Positions 9,125 through 19,603 of a stretch of DNA of 64,000 nucleotides are shown piece by piece (position 1 is the first letter of the stretch; each line of letters begins with the position of its first letter). Under the pieces are notes generated by a model. The model ran no database searches. It had not been told where the DNA came from and saw nothing but the letters and a program-made list of their open reading frames with translations. Source of the stretch: a virus; IMG/VR virus record IMGVR_UViG_3300037264_004923, positions 37,764 to 101,763 of that record; one strand, written 5' to 3'. A program made the translations under genes and the position numbers.

Positions 9125-10605
9125 GTTTGCTCTCTCTTCAGAATGAAACTGGGAAGCCCCTGTCCCATTGAATGTTCGTATCGCAGCGCGGCTCTCGCAG
9201 AGTTGAAGGGAATACCAAGCTTCTCTCGGACATCCGCTTCCAACCAGTCTCGCATCTCTACTAACTTCTCGGCTGCCAAGTGGTCGGTGTAGACGAAGGA
9301 TTTGTATCCGCCGCCAGGAATACCCTTGTAGTAGCTGGCGGTAGCAGAATAATCTACTTCCCAAGCGTAGAGTTTATCCCCGGTCTTAGGTTGAGTGTAA
9401 ACATACAGACCTGGCTTATCTCCTGGACGTGCTTCATCATAATACGGAGAGCCGGGGTAAGGGGTAATGATGGTACAATCAAAATCCTCGGGACGAACCT
9501 GAAGGAGCCAGTTCCTAACCGCGATAACAGACTCCTCGCTCTCACCAGGATGTCCAATAGACATGAGAGCCTTTACTTTCAAGCCGGCTGCTTTTGCAGT
9601 CTCCACGCACCGCGTGTTGTCTTCGAGAGTAGCACGTTTATTGATGTTCGTTAACATTCGAGGGGTCGCAGTTTCATACCCACATAGAAGCCATCTAAAC
9701 CCGGAACGATACAGGGCCTTTGCTTGTTCTTCATTGAATAGTTCAGATTTTACGAAGCCACGCAATCGAAACTCTACACCTAATCTATCTTGTAAATCTG
9801 TTATCTTGTTCAGCATCGGAACGAGACCTGGATTTACATTCAACTCATCATCATAGAACATGAAACCCGTGTATCCGTAAGTAGTGTAGAGAGATTCCAA
9901 CTCTTGGATGATAGAATCTGTCGTTCTCGTACGGATCATGCGAAGGCTTTTGCTATTGCGGCCGCCACAAAAACCACAACCAAAAGGACATCCCAGCTGA
10001 GAAATCAAACTGGTCGCATTCTGCCCGTCAATAGAGTAATGGTAGGAGGGCATGTCGATAAGATGTCGGGCGGGATACGAACTGTCGTTGTACTGCTTAT
10101 CCGACAGGAAAAGACCGCCTTTCGGATCGTCGGCATCAATAACTTTCGGAGCATCAGCAGTGATGGCTTGGAAGATGGCAAGTTCTCCGTCTCCCGCAAC
10201 CAATACATCCGCCAGTACTTCTAACTTTTGGCGAGCACGGAACGCTCTTCCATCCATAGCCCCCCGCTTCTGCTCCAACTTATGTGCAGCAAGGGTAAGG
10301 GTAATGTGAGGCCCGCCCAGAATGATACGAATGTGAGGACAAATGTGTCGGATGGTCTTTACGATTTCCGATACAGCAGGAAACTGAGGAGTGGTAGTAG
10401 TAATACCTATCACATCGTCCGGAGCGGTGCGGAGATAATCCTTCAGAACTTCAAGATAGTTTTCCACCCCAGAGAAGTCCAAGAGATTTACCGAATACCC
10501 ATTGGCTTCTAGGGAACCAGCAACCTTAAGTATGCCCAGGCTTACAAAGACCCGCTCGTCCAAAAGGAAAGCAGAAGGCGGGGTAATGAGACATACAGAG
10601 GTCAT
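9121..10605 (-). CDS. Cobalamin-binding radical SAM protein
   Basis: N-terminal B12-binding domain (ILGGPH) and GCPFGCGFC. Confidence 0.9.
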   Translation of the reverse strand: MTSVCLITPPSAFLLDERVFVSLGILKVAGSLEANGYSVNLLDFSGVENYLEVLKDYLRTAPDDVIGITTTTPQFPAVSEIVKTIRHICPHIRIILGGPHITLTLAAHKLEQKRGAMDGRAFRARQKLEVLADVLVAGDGELAIFQAITADAPKVIDADDPKGGLFLSDKQYNDSSYPARHLIDMPSYHYSIDGQNATSLISQLGCPFGCGFCGGRNSKSLRMIRTRTTDSIIQELESLYTTYGYTGFMFYDDELNVNPGLVPMLNKITDLQDRLGVEFRLRGFVKSELFNEEQAKALYRSGFRWLLCGYETATPRMLTNINKRATLEDNTRCVETAKAAGLKVKALMSIGHPGESEESVIAVRNWLLQVRPEDFDCTIITPYPGSPYYDEARPGDKPGLYVYTQPKTGDKLYAWEVDYSATASYYKGIPGGGYKSFVYTDHLAAEKLVEMRDWLEADVREKLGIPFNSARAALRYEHSMGQGLPSFILKREQT

Positions 10606-10608
10606 AGG

Positions 10609-11301
10609 TTACAGAGGGCGGGAGATGTCTTGGACGTCAATCTCGCCCATCTCTCCCCGATTGATTTTATCAAAGATCTCATCGTTCTGAATCTGGGCAA
10701 CAGCAGTCTTATAGTGGTTGATGTTGAAGCGTGCGGGTTCTTCTCGGGTCTTTCTCTTATAGTCAATCTCAGTTCGCTTGGTAAAGCCGACTACCTCGAC
10801 GTGGACCCTATCCTTGGGATCTTCGCTGTAATTGCAGGTTCTCTTCCATAGCCTGTACTGATAGTCGGGATAGATGTCAGTCTGCTCTCCGTCCAAAATG
10901 TTTCGGCGGGGAACACCAAAACAATCAAAGAGTTCAGTACTTTCAGGAATGACGTCAGTAAGCATGAGCAAACGTTGCCCCTTCTCGGTGATTAGAAGAG
11001 GAATAATCTCCAAGAGAGGGGGATCCAATCTTTCATCCGGATCGTGAATGTATACCCAATCAGTATTCAACTTACGCATGCCCAGGTTCTTCTGAAAGGC
11101 ATGATTATGAACCCAGGGTTGATAAAATACCCGCGCCCCCATTCTCTTTGCCCATTCCACAGAGTTATCCTGTGAACCACCATCGATAACCACAATATCG
11201 TCCGCAATGTTGTAGAACTGGGCAATCGTGGCTGCCATATGCGACTGCTCATTCTGGCAGTTGATTGCGATACCAAGGGTTGGTTTCTTATTTTCAGGCA
11301 T
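10609..11301 (-). CDS. Glycosyltransferase family 2
   Basis: VIDGGSQD, HDPDER, YPDYQYRL. Confidence 0.85.
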   Translation of the reverse strand: MPENKKPTLGIAINCQNEQSHMAATIAQFYNIADDIVVIDGGSQDNSVEWAKRMGARVFYQPWVHNHAFQKNLGMRKLNTDWVYIHDPDERLDPPLLEIIPLLITEKGQRLLMLTDVIPESTELFDCFGVPRRNILDGEQTDIYPDYQYRLWKRTCNYSEDPKDRVHVEVVGFTKRTEIDYKRKTREEPARFNINHYKTAVAQIQNDEIFDKINRGEMGEIDVQDISRPL

Positions 11302-11311
11302 ATTTCTCCCT

Positions 11312-11860
11312 CTATTTAACCTTAACCATTCCGATGCCAAACTCTACAAAAAACTCGGTGGTTTCGTGCTCCTGACCATTCACTATCTCTTCGAATACTA
11401 CACCACAATAAATCTCGCTATCCATATCCTTATAGCGACGGAACCCAATGTCATGGAATCCAATAACCCCAGGAGAGGAGATCAGAGTTTTAGCAAGTTC
11501 CCAATCTTTCTTTGTGCCATCATATGAATGATCTCCATCAATAAAGATAAGATCATAGGGTCCATTTTGTTGGATCTCCGCTATAACCTCTGGACTACTG
11601 GAATCCCCAACTATGAAATGGACCTTGGGAAACCAAGCATCAGGAATTCCGACTTCGCGACCTCTGATGTCGATGGATATACATCCCTCAGAAGCGATAT
11701 GCTGGAACATCAAAGCAGTTCCGCCTTTATTGGTGCCAATGTCCAAGATTTTCCGAGGACGCTGTCCCAAGTATTCTTCAACGGCGGCTATAAAACTGGT
11801 GAACTCTTCGCGTTGCTGTTGGATAAACGGGTTCCACCATTGATTTATTACATCATTCAT
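11312..11860 (-). CDS. Methyltransferase (Methyltransf_24-like)
   Basis: ILDIGTNKGG, YDLIFIDGDHSY, GFHD. Confidence 0.88.
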   Translation of the reverse strand: MNDVINQWWNPFIQQQREEFTSFIAAVEEYLGQRPRKILDIGTNKGGTALMFQHIASEGCISIDIRGREVGIPDAWFPKVHFIVGDSSSPEVIAEIQQNGPYDLIFIDGDHSYDGTKKDWELAKTLISSPGVIGFHDIGFRRYKDMDSEIYCGVVFEEIVNGQEHETTEFFVEFGIGMVKVK

Positions 11861-12378
11861 GGGATATAGACCAGCCCAATTCCGTATCCGTCATCCCATA
11901 CGCCCTTCTGCAGGGGGATGCTGGAGAAGAAACGGCGGATACCCTCGATGCGTAGGTCATGGAAACCTACTAATCCTCCAGAACGAACCAGAGGAGAATA
12001 CATCTGGAAGTCAGAAGAAACTCCCTCGTAAGAATGATCCCCATCGATGAATAGGAAATCGATAACAGGAACGGCCGTCTTAACCTTGTCGAATGTATCA
12101 GGGGATTTGCTATCACCCACAATAATAGGAGGGCGCTTGTCAAAGTACTGCTCGGCAGTAGCATCTCCAATATCTACACCCACTACATTACCCTCGACCC
12201 CCGCTATAATCTCCCAAACTCGAAGGCTTTTACCAGACTGGACACCAATTTCTACGATGTTGGTGTGCGGTTCCAGAGCCTGAACACGAGAGGCAACCTC
12301 CCAAAGTTCATCATCGCTGGAAGCCCACCCCTGCCCGCGAGTAGCATTACATAGTTCTACAAACTGCTGCTTATCCAT
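11857..12378 (-). CDS. Methyltransferase (Methyltransf_24-like)
   Basis: IVEIGVQSG, DFLFIDGDHSYEG, GFHD. Confidence 0.88.
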   Translation of the reverse strand: MDKQQFVELCNATRGQGWASSDDELWEVASRVQALEPHTNIVEIGVQSGKSLRVWEIIAGVEGNVVGVDIGDATAEQYFDKRPPIIVGDSKSPDTFDKVKTAVPVIDFLFIDGDHSYEGVSSDFQMYSPLVRSGGLVGFHDLRIEGIRRFFSSIPLQKGVWDDGYGIGLVYIP

Positions 12379-13315
12379 GCTCTATTGCTCCTCCAATGGC
12401 TAAATCCCGTTCTATTAGGGGTCTAAACTTTTCCTGTCCGTACAAGAAATCCTTTTCCCAGATAATCTTGCCTTGGTCATGATGCTCTTGGAACCAATAG
12501 TGCCAGTATTCTATGTTGTTGATTCCGCCAACAGACTTGTCGTCCTGCGTACTGCGATGGTGTATGCGTTGTCGGCGCTCCAGAGAAGCCTGTGTCCATT
12601 GATCAATATTGGTACCAAACAACATAGGATAACCATTAGCAAACGGAGAGGTTCCCTCTGTTGGGTTAGCGTAGCTCTCTTCTTGATCTCTATTACGAAG
12701 CATCTTAGGAGTATCTGCAATGAACCCATTGAAATAGCCGTTCTTTAGCATCGAATAAAAGAATCCAATATCAGCAGCGGAGTGATGTCTCTCAGGAAAT
12801 CCTCCGAGTTTAGACCAAACTTCCTTCCTAAAAGCAAAGGCACCGCTACCTCGCGGGTTAGAATTAAGCTCGATATTTAGATTGCCGCGTCTAACAACAG
12901 GCCCTCCAGAAAATCCGGCATCTCCCATAACACCGAGACACCCGACATAAGGAAGCTCCAAGGCACTGGCTACATTTGGAAGTCCAGGCCCCACCATCTC
13001 GATATCATTGTTCAGCAGCAGCACGTAGTCTGAGTTGCACAAGGCAGTCGCCTGATTGGCTGCGTTTGTAAACCCACGATTGCCGCCGCTATTCAAAATC
13101 ACGGTGGAGGTGGCAGGAAGATTCTGATATAGCATCTGTTGTACTTGTTTATCAGAAGACGCATCATCTACTACGATGATCTCCATAGGCATATCGGACG
13201 TATTATGAAGAGATTGTAGCAAGTTAAAGGTGTATTCCGCCCGTTGAAAGCTCAAAACGATAATGGAAATGAAATCCTTACCAGAGTACGGGGAATCCAA
13301 CTTGTGCATTGTCAT
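12371..13315 (-). CDS. Glycosyltransferase family 2
   Basis: ISIIVLSF, IIVVDDASSD, NRGF, LLLNND. Confidence 0.88.
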   Translation of the reverse strand: MTMHKLDSPYSGKDFISIIVLSFQRAEYTFNLLQSLHNTSDMPMEIIVVDDASSDKQVQQMLYQNLPATSTVILNSGGNRGFTNAANQATALCNSDYVLLLNNDIEMVGPGLPNVASALELPYVGCLGVMGDAGFSGGPVVRRGNLNIELNSNPRGSGAFAFRKEVWSKLGGFPERHHSAADIGFFYSMLKNGYFNGFIADTPKMLRNRDQEESYANPTEGTSPFANGYPMLFGTNIDQWTQASLERRQRIHHRSTQDDKSVGGINNIEYWHYWFQEHHDQGKIIWEKDFLYGQEKFRPLIERDLAIGGAIEHG

Positions 13316-13328
13316 AGTTAATCCTCTA

Positions 13329-14294
13329 TTACTTTGTGTTCAGAATGTATTCTTCAATCTTGTTCCACGCCTCCGCAGGACGCCTGTGGGGCTCGAATCC
13401 CTGCTGAAAGATGTCGTGAATCTTGTAATAATACTCTCTATCGGAAAGAAGTCTTCGGAAAGTTTCTTCAAGTTTCTCTTCGGAAACAGCTACAGCTGAG
13501 GGAAGAAGATCGGCTTCTCTGGCTTCCTCCCCAAAGAAACCAAAGTCGTTGCAAAGAACTGGAATGGACTTGGCGTAGATCGCCTCGAATACGCAACCTG
13601 TAATACCACCTGGATTGATGCTCAACTTGGCCTGACACATGAGATTTACCAGTTCTGTCCAAGGAATTCTATCCAGTCCTCGATGAGGAATCTTGGTCAA
13701 AAGCTCTCTAACTTCAGGCTCGAACTCGCCGACGTCAACAAAAGCTGCCCCGCCAAACACTATTTCGAAGTCAAAGTCTGTTGCCAATCTGGCAAGAACA
13801 CGAAGGTGCGCCATACTGGACTGACGGCGATGCTCTCCGAAACCCGGAGTGAAACTACCTTTGTTTGCCCACATCAATAGTCTACGATTGAAGGGTTCAG
13901 GCATATCTGTAGGAAGAAAGCTGTCCAGATAAGGGATGGGAGCAAAGAATCTCTGAAGATTCTGGTGCTGGAAGTTCTCGATCGCCTGTCGATAAGAAGA
14001 CCGGGTAGGATGAAGCATGGGATGCCCGCAATGAAGGTAGCTCGGAGCCTCGGGGCTGAAGTAGTTATGGAAATGAGAGCGATCGGGGCATCGGTAGGCG
14101 TCAGAAGTTGCGGCGTCAAAAGTAAAATCCACCTGAGAGGATGCTCCAAAGATCTCGGCAGGATGAGCAAAAACAGGGGTGTGTCCGATAGTTGCCAAGT
14201 AATGCGCCCAGTTCACGGAGTATCGTATTTCCAAGCCACCATACGTGTTAATATCCGAGATATGGCAGCTGTGAGATTGGAACAAAAGTTTCAT
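13329..14294 (-). CDS. Divergent GT-B fold glycosyltransferase
   Basis: GGLE near the N-terminus; C-terminal GCVFEAIYAKSIPV resembles the GT4 E-x7-E region. Confidence 0.55.
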   Translation of the reverse strand: MKLLFQSHSCHISDINTYGGLEIRYSVNWAHYLATIGHTPVFAHPAEIFGASSQVDFTFDAATSDAYRCPDRSHFHNYFSPEAPSYLHCGHPMLHPTRSSYRQAIENFQHQNLQRFFAPIPYLDSFLPTDMPEPFNRRLLMWANKGSFTPGFGEHRRQSSMAHLRVLARLATDFDFEIVFGGAAFVDVGEFEPEVRELLTKIPHRGLDRIPWTELVNLMCQAKLSINPGGITGCVFEAIYAKSIPVLCNDFGFFGEEAREADLLPSAVAVSEEKLEETFRRLLSDREYYYKIHDIFQQGFEPHRRPAEAWNKIEEYILNTK

Positions 14295-14302
14295 GATAAT
14301 CC

Positions 14303-14983
14303 TTATGCGGGTTTGCGCCACAAGGCAAAACCGGCGCGGTCGGGCTCGATCACTTGAACAGGTCCAAGGGTGGCGAGATGTTCTCGCAACGCATCTACCC
14401 CGTCCGTGCGGAAATCTGCGAGGACAAACAACCCGCCGGGTCGAAGAAAGGGCAGGACAATGTTCTCAAAATCTCTACGAGGAACATCGCCGAAGTGTCC
14501 TCCATCATGGAAGATCATGTCAGCTTGTTTGTCCCCTAAAATATAAGCTATTTGCTCGTGAACCTCAAGAGAATTCGAATCTCCTATTACAAATCGAATG
14601 CTTCTCTCGCTGGCTTCCGGATCCAGGGGGTTTTCGGTGCAGTTTTCGGGGCTCACAAAATTACTGGGACATGTTTCCCACTCCCAAGTAGGGCCTGGGC
14701 GAGCTGCCAAATAGGGAGGTATTGTGGAATGTCCTGAACATCCAAGAAGTTGATCTTTGGGAGCCATATCGACCTCAATGAGCAGACCTTCCTCCCGAGG
14801 AAGCATCCTCTCCCAAACCCTCAAAGTCCCACAACATTTAACGCCTACCTCAATGATGGTCTTGAGGGGGTTAACTTTCTGGATCTCTTGGATAAGGGCG
14901 AAGAATTCATGCGGATAGTTCTCCACATATCGACCTTTCCAAAGAGATTTGAGCTCCTCCGAAGTAATCATTAGATTGCGCAA
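14303..14983 (-). CDS. Methyltransferase (Methyltransf_24-like)
   Basis: IIEVGV, DMIFHDGGH, LRPGG. Confidence 0.8.
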   Translation of the reverse strand: MRNLMITSEELKSLWKGRYVENYPHEFFALIQEIQKVNPLKTIIEVGVKCCGTLRVWERMLPREEGLLIEVDMAPKDQLLGCSGHSTIPPYLAARPGPTWEWETCPSNFVSPENCTENPLDPEASERSIRFVIGDSNSLEVHEQIAYILGDKQADMIFHDGGHFGDVPRRDFENIVLPFLRPGGLFVLADFRTDGVDALREHLATLGPVQVIEPDRAGFALWRKPA

Positions 14984-15693
14984 TAATCACGCAAAAGGTT
15001 CGCGTGCGCAGCATCGTAATAGTTATGCAAAGGGCCATCAGAAGGATAATTCACAAGGTCTTCGTAGGACATCTTTTCACAGAACAAGGTCTGGACACAG
15101 GTGTCGGGAATGTCCTGATGCAGAATCTTGAACCCAGCTGTCCTAATCATAAATCGCATTTGATGGGCATGCAAACAGGAAACATGCTGTAGATTCGCCA
15201 TGGCGTTATCAGGAATGTCTACATTTACATCCTTACCATGCCATTGCGGCACATTCAGCACCATACGCCCTCCAATGCGTAGTACTCTGTACATTTCCAG
15301 GATGGCTTTCCAAGGATACCAGACGTGTTCCAATGCCTGAACAGAAATTATTCCATCTACACTCTCATTTTCGATGTCTAACATTTCGCACATGTCGTTC
15401 ATTAGGCACTTGAAACCTTCTGCGATGAGAAGATCCTTTACTTGAGGAGACATGACAAGATTGGTACAATCGTATCCCAATTCCTGATATACCTTTGCCT
15501 CATACCAATTCGCACCCAAATTCAAAATCTTGGGATGGGTATCAAGGGGAATATACTTCTTGATTTCGTGCCTACCATCAGGACCACCCATAAAGGGTTG
15601 CCAAACATGCTCGTTATGATCTTGATCTCCAGCATAGATGTTTGTTGATGGAAATCTGTAGCGAGCTAAAGATCGTGCATCTCTTTCGTTCAT
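14971..15693 (-). CDS. Class I SAM methyltransferase (Methyltransf_11-like)
   Basis: ILNLGA, ALEHV, EMYRVLRIGG; start placed at ATG 15693. Confidence 0.82.
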   Translation of the reverse strand: MNERDARSLARYRFPSTNIYAGDQDHNEHVWQPFMGGPDGRHEIKKYIPLDTHPKILNLGANWYEAKVYQELGYDCTNLVMSPQVKDLLIAEGFKCLMNDMCEMLDIENESVDGIISVQALEHVWYPWKAILEMYRVLRIGGRMVLNVPQWHGKDVNVDIPDNAMANLQHVSCLHAHQMRFMIRTAGFKILHQDIPDTCVQTLFCEKMSYEDLVNYPSDGPLHNYYDAAHANLLRDYCAI

Positions 15694-16394
15694 AAAATGT
15701 CTCCTAAAATTACCGCGGATAAACCACCGGTAACTTGTTGTTGAATTACATGTGTTGCGCAAGCATGGGAAGCGCAGCCGTAATACTTGATCTCGACGCC
15801 TAAACAATTCTCGATGTGCTTGGCGTATATCACATCTTTCTTACTTCCCTTGCCCACATGAAGGAAGTATTTCGTGTGCCCATTGGATTCGGACAGAAGT
15901 GCTCTTAAATCCGGGACGTAATAATCTACCAATGGAGGTTCGGATAGTAGCTGATGTATTTGAGGAAAGGTATCGTACGCTTCCATACCCTCTTCATAAT
16001 AGCGTTGCTCCAATTCCGGGGTTAGAAAAGTCTGAGGACCAAAAGCATGAACTGTGTCCGCCTTCAAAAGGTACCCAAACATTATCGCGGCAAACCCACC
16101 GGCACTCACACCCACTAAGCGTAAATGCGTAGGCTGCGCCTCTTCTATTAACTCTTGTAACTTTGTTGCCGTTTTCGAAATGGAGTCAAGATCCTCGTTA
16201 AGTCCTTGTTGATACCAGACATACTTGTTATCCAAGCAGTATATCTTGGAACAATCTGCATGTCGTGTAGTTCGAACAAATTCAAAGTGCTCCAACTCTA
16301 TTAGACGAGATGCCATGCCGGCGAAGGTAATGATTAAGGCTTTCCCTGGGTTTAGTTCCCATTTAATCCCCTTTTCATTGGATAGGGTATCCAT
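15690..16394 (-). CDS. Alpha/beta-hydrolase fold protein (esterase/acyltransferase-like)
   Basis: GVSAGG nucleophile elbow, AFGPQT, C-terminal His. Confidence 0.75.
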   Translation of the reverse strand: MDTLSNEKGIKWELNPGKALIITFAGMASRLIELEHFEFVRTTRHADCSKIYCLDNKYVWYQQGLNEDLDSISKTATKLQELIEEAQPTHLRLVGVSAGGFAAIMFGYLLKADTVHAFGPQTFLTPELEQRYYEEGMEAYDTFPQIHQLLSEPPLVDYYVPDLRALLSESNGHTKYFLHVGKGSKKDVIYAKHIENCLGVEIKYYGCASHACATHVIQQQVTGGLSAVILGDIL

Positions 16395-16406
16395 CCTACC
16401 TCCGGA

Positions 16407-17345
16407 CTATACTTGTTTCTCCTTTGCGCAAAGCTTTAGGTATTGATCAAACTTATGAATCTCGTGAAGGTGCGGCCGCTTATCATTATCTTCGCTATGT
16501 TGTTCTGCCCAGTCTTTGAACTCTTGGCATACTTGGCCACTCTTTAGGAGTGGATCCAAATCGTGGTACTTTTTCACTTCTGGATGATTCCTTTGAAGGA
16601 TGTCCAGCATTTCGTGCCAGGAATCAATCTTGAAACCATCCTTGAGAGGATAGAAGGTCAAATTCAAAGGTCCGCCTGGGTGCCAACGTGGGTCCTGACC
16701 GGTCTCCTTGAACCAATACTCAAAACTTTCCTTATGATCAGCCCAAACCCCGCCCGCGAAGAAGTTGCGGCAAGATCCTCGCAAGGAACCTGATTGGGTT
16801 TTATGGTGATAGTAAACAGCATTACATCGAACGCCGCCACGTTTCCCGACCATTGCCTGATGTAGATCAATCTCGAAACGTAGCTGATTATTCCAGGCGG
16901 TCAGCATTTCTCGATAGTAGTCGCTCGGCTGTCCCGTGTTTCCATCCCAACAATCAACGCAGCGGAAAGCTACGGTATCAAACTTGGAAGCATACTCGCT
17001 TTGCTGAATGATGGGGCGTAAAGACTGCAGCATCTCCTCGCTAGGAACTTCATCGTCGTCCAGCCAAAGCATCCAGCCGCCAGTGATTGCATCCAACCCG
17101 GCTTGATACTGAGCACGGAAAGAGTCATCCCACGGCCGATAAACGATTTCTAGATTAGGAATGGTCTGGAGATAGGCCTCGGCTTCTTCGTCTCGAAAAC
17201 CAATAACGATTAGAGCCCGATCTACATAGGGCATAATCAAAGGTAGGTTGCGCTTCAGCTTATCTAGGTGTGGGGTTGAAACGCACACATAGGTGAGGTA
17301 GTCCTGTTGCAATCTTTGGTTGACGACAGTGGTTCCGTAGTCCAT
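16407..17345 (-). CDS. Glycosyltransferase family 2-like
   Basis: WDDSF, WMLWLDDDE; paralogous to 17345-18229. Confidence 0.7.
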   Translation of the reverse strand: MDYGTTVVNQRLQQDYLTYVCVSTPHLDKLKRNLPLIMPYVDRALIVIGFRDEEAEAYLQTIPNLEIVYRPWDDSFRAQYQAGLDAITGGWMLWLDDDEVPSEEMLQSLRPIIQQSEYASKFDTVAFRCVDCWDGNTGQPSDYYREMLTAWNNQLRFEIDLHQAMVGKRGGVRCNAVYYHHKTQSGSLRGSCRNFFAGGVWADHKESFEYWFKETGQDPRWHPGGPLNLTFYPLKDGFKIDSWHEMLDILQRNHPEVKKYHDLDPLLKSGQVCQEFKDWAEQHSEDNDKRPHLHEIHKFDQYLKLCAKEKQV

Positions 17346-18229
17346 TAGAAACTCATCTCCCCTGGGTAAGGCTTTCGATCAGGATCGTAGGTAGGAAATT
17401 CCTGATTCGTAAGACTTGGATTCAATTCTGGATGAAGCAAAACAAAATAGACCACAAAGAAAGATCTAAACTCGCTATTGACAGAGTTTCTCTGTTCAAC
17501 AAACCATTCAGTAAGAGGGGCAGGAACATTGCCCTCTCGCATCAGCTTTTCCAGCTGGTAGAAAGCGGTAATCCCTTCTTGCGAGCAGCGGGCACGTAGA
17601 TCCCGCCAAGCTGTCTCGTCTCCTGGTCCACCCGCGGGCTGAGAAATAGCAAATCCGTTCCTCGTACCTCGTAAGTGTACAGAGGCTTCAGAACGGACAT
17701 GGTAGTACTTGAAATCGACACGGGCGTGTCGGTGAGGAACTCCCAAGTTAATGCCTTCGTGATGAAGACCCTGATAAGTTATCTGCGGGGTCAGCTTAAA
17801 TAGGTTCGGGCACCAGAAATCGGGATTAGCTATCCGGGTAGAGCCGTCAAGCTGAGCTACAATATCGCAAGCTTTGAATTCTACAACGTTAATTCCGGCG
17901 ACCTCGGCCTGTCTAATGAGTTCTCGAAGATTGGAACCCCCCTCCAGAGAAATGAACTCGTCGACATCCAGGCGCATCATCCAGCCTGTTTTTTCCGCCG
18001 CGGCTAAATAACGATTGCGAAGGCGGATCGTCTGATAGCCCTCAAAGTCCAGAATAGCCGTGATCTTCAGGCGCTTTGCCTCGTCAGATACGAGCCAGTC
18101 ATTCATCTCAGGCTCAGAAGAATCAGAGACTACAATAACACGATCAAAGAACTGAGAGTTGTGATAGAGATTTCTCTTTAGTTCGCTAAAACGATTCTTT
18201 ACGATCATACCCATCACTACTTGATGCAT
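17345..18229 (-). CDS. Glycosyltransferase family 2-like
   Basis: MIVKN, RNRYL, WMMRLDVDE, HHE. Confidence 0.75.
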   Translation of the reverse strand: MHQVVMGMIVKNRFSELKRNLYHNSQFFDRVIVVSDSSEPEMNDWLVSDEAKRLKITAILDFEGYQTIRLRNRYLAAAEKTGWMMRLDVDEFISLEGGSNLRELIRQAEVAGINVVEFKACDIVAQLDGSTRIANPDFWCPNLFKLTPQITYQGLHHEGINLGVPHRHARVDFKYYHVRSEASVHLRGTRNGFAISQPAGGPGDETAWRDLRARCSQEGITAFYQLEKLMREGNVPAPLTEWFVEQRNSVNSEFRSFFVVYFVLLHPELNPSLTNQEFPTYDPDRKPYPGEMSF

Positions 18230-19017
18230 TGGTTTCTCCAATCTAGGAAAGCCCGGGGGTGGGTTCCTGTATAATCCAAAAACTCGGGTTCTATTTCTCT
18301 AACCTCGGGATTATCTACCGTGGTATCGATGTTCTTGGGCTTAAAATCATAAGGTTTAAGTTCGTGATCCTTGGGGATTTTATCCGCCGGATGAAACAAA
18401 CTATCCAAAACTTGGATCCTCTTACTGATTGTGAGAGGATTGCCGAAACGCTGGTAATGATAGATCCAGATCTCGGGAATAAGCGGGCGATACCCTGGGG
18501 TTGTTGGAACACAGTTGTGTCCGTCCAAAGTGGCATAGGTGTGAGTTCTCTTACGCGTGAGGCGTACCGCTTTGATCGTCCAATCCCTTCGAATACGCGA
18601 CATGTCTCCATAGAAACACACACGCTGAAACTCAAACCCTGTAATGTCCGGAGTAGCCCGATCAATAAGCAGGTGAAGATTATTCCTATCCTGCTCATGA
18701 AAGGCCTCGTCAAGCTGACAATGTAATTGCCAGTCAAAATAACATTCAGACATGGCTATGTCGGTCTGCCTTCCAATTTCTGTTCCGGCGTTTCTATTTT
18801 CCATGTTCCAAGCGGAAACAACCAGCTTCACATCAAAATCTTCCCGCAGCTTCTGGCAGACCTCAAAGGTCCCATCGTCTATCGTGGGATCGTAGCAAAG
18901 TATTACCTCGTCTGTTACGTTCGCAAGGGCTTCAACACATTGGCGAATAGGGTAGCCAAGCTCAACTACATTACGAGCAATGGTAAATCCACTAATCTTG
19001 TTTGTAGGCGATGACAT
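18217..19017 (-). CDS. Glycosyltransferase family 2
   Basis: ISGFTIARN..LGYP, DDGT, QLDE, IYHY. Confidence 0.82.
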   Translation of the reverse strand: MSSPTNKISGFTIARNVVELGYPIRQCVEALANVTDEVILCYDPTIDDGTFEVCQKLREDFDVKLVVSAWNMENRNAGTEIGRQTDIAMSECYFDWQLHCQLDEAFHEQDRNNLHLLIDRATPDITGFEFQRVCFYGDMSRIRRDWTIKAVRLTRKRTHTYATLDGHNCVPTTPGYRPLIPEIWIYHYQRFGNPLTISKRIQVLDSLFHPADKIPKDHELKPYDFKPKNIDTTVDNPEVREIEPEFLDYTGTHPRAFLDWRNQCIK

Positions 19018-19603
19018 GCAATTCCCAATCGTTTTCTACTATGCGTCTTACATCCTTGAATCCAGCTTTCTCCAGTCGGATCCTAAAACTATCGAAGGTA
19101 TATAGAGCCTTGTGAGAGCTCCACTCCGTATAGACTCCAGGATGTGGGACTTCTCCGTCTTTCAAGGTATTGCGCTTCCAGTTAGGATCCCCTGAGATCT
19201 TCTCCCAACCATCGGGGCCTCCGGGAATATCAGAGAAACCTCCGTATAAACAGATCATAGTCTCTTCTGTGGAGTGGATACCCTCAATGTGGGCTCGGCA
19301 CATAAAGTCCAAGTCGGGCATCTTGATAGTCATTTTTCCGCCCGGCTTCAAAATTCTGTTCCATTCCAATAATACCCAGGCAATCTCGGTATAGGAAATG
19401 TGTTCTACAGCGTGGGCGGAATAAAGCTCATCCACAGATTCGCTCTTTAGCCACTCAAGGTTTCGAATGTCGGAAACCTTATTGACATTCCCACCCCCGA
19501 CCACATCTACATGATAGAACCCCTCGATGCCATGAGGACCAGAGCCAAGTTCTATCCTTACAGGTGCGCTCTCTCTTTTAGAGAGCAAGTCTTCAATCCG
19601 CAT
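18992..19603 (-). CDS. Methyltransferase (Methyltransf_11-like)
   Basis: ELGSG, HAVEH, EWNRILKPGG..PD. Confidence 0.85.
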   Translation of the reverse strand: MRIEDLLSKRESAPVRIELGSGPHGIEGFYHVDVVGGGNVNKVSDIRNLEWLKSESVDELYSAHAVEHISYTEIAWVLLEWNRILKPGGKMTIKMPDLDFMCRAHIEGIHSTEETMICLYGGFSDIPGGPDGWEKISGDPNWKRNTLKDGEVPHPGVYTEWSSHKALYTFDSFRIRLEKAGFKDVRRIVENDWELHVIAYKQD

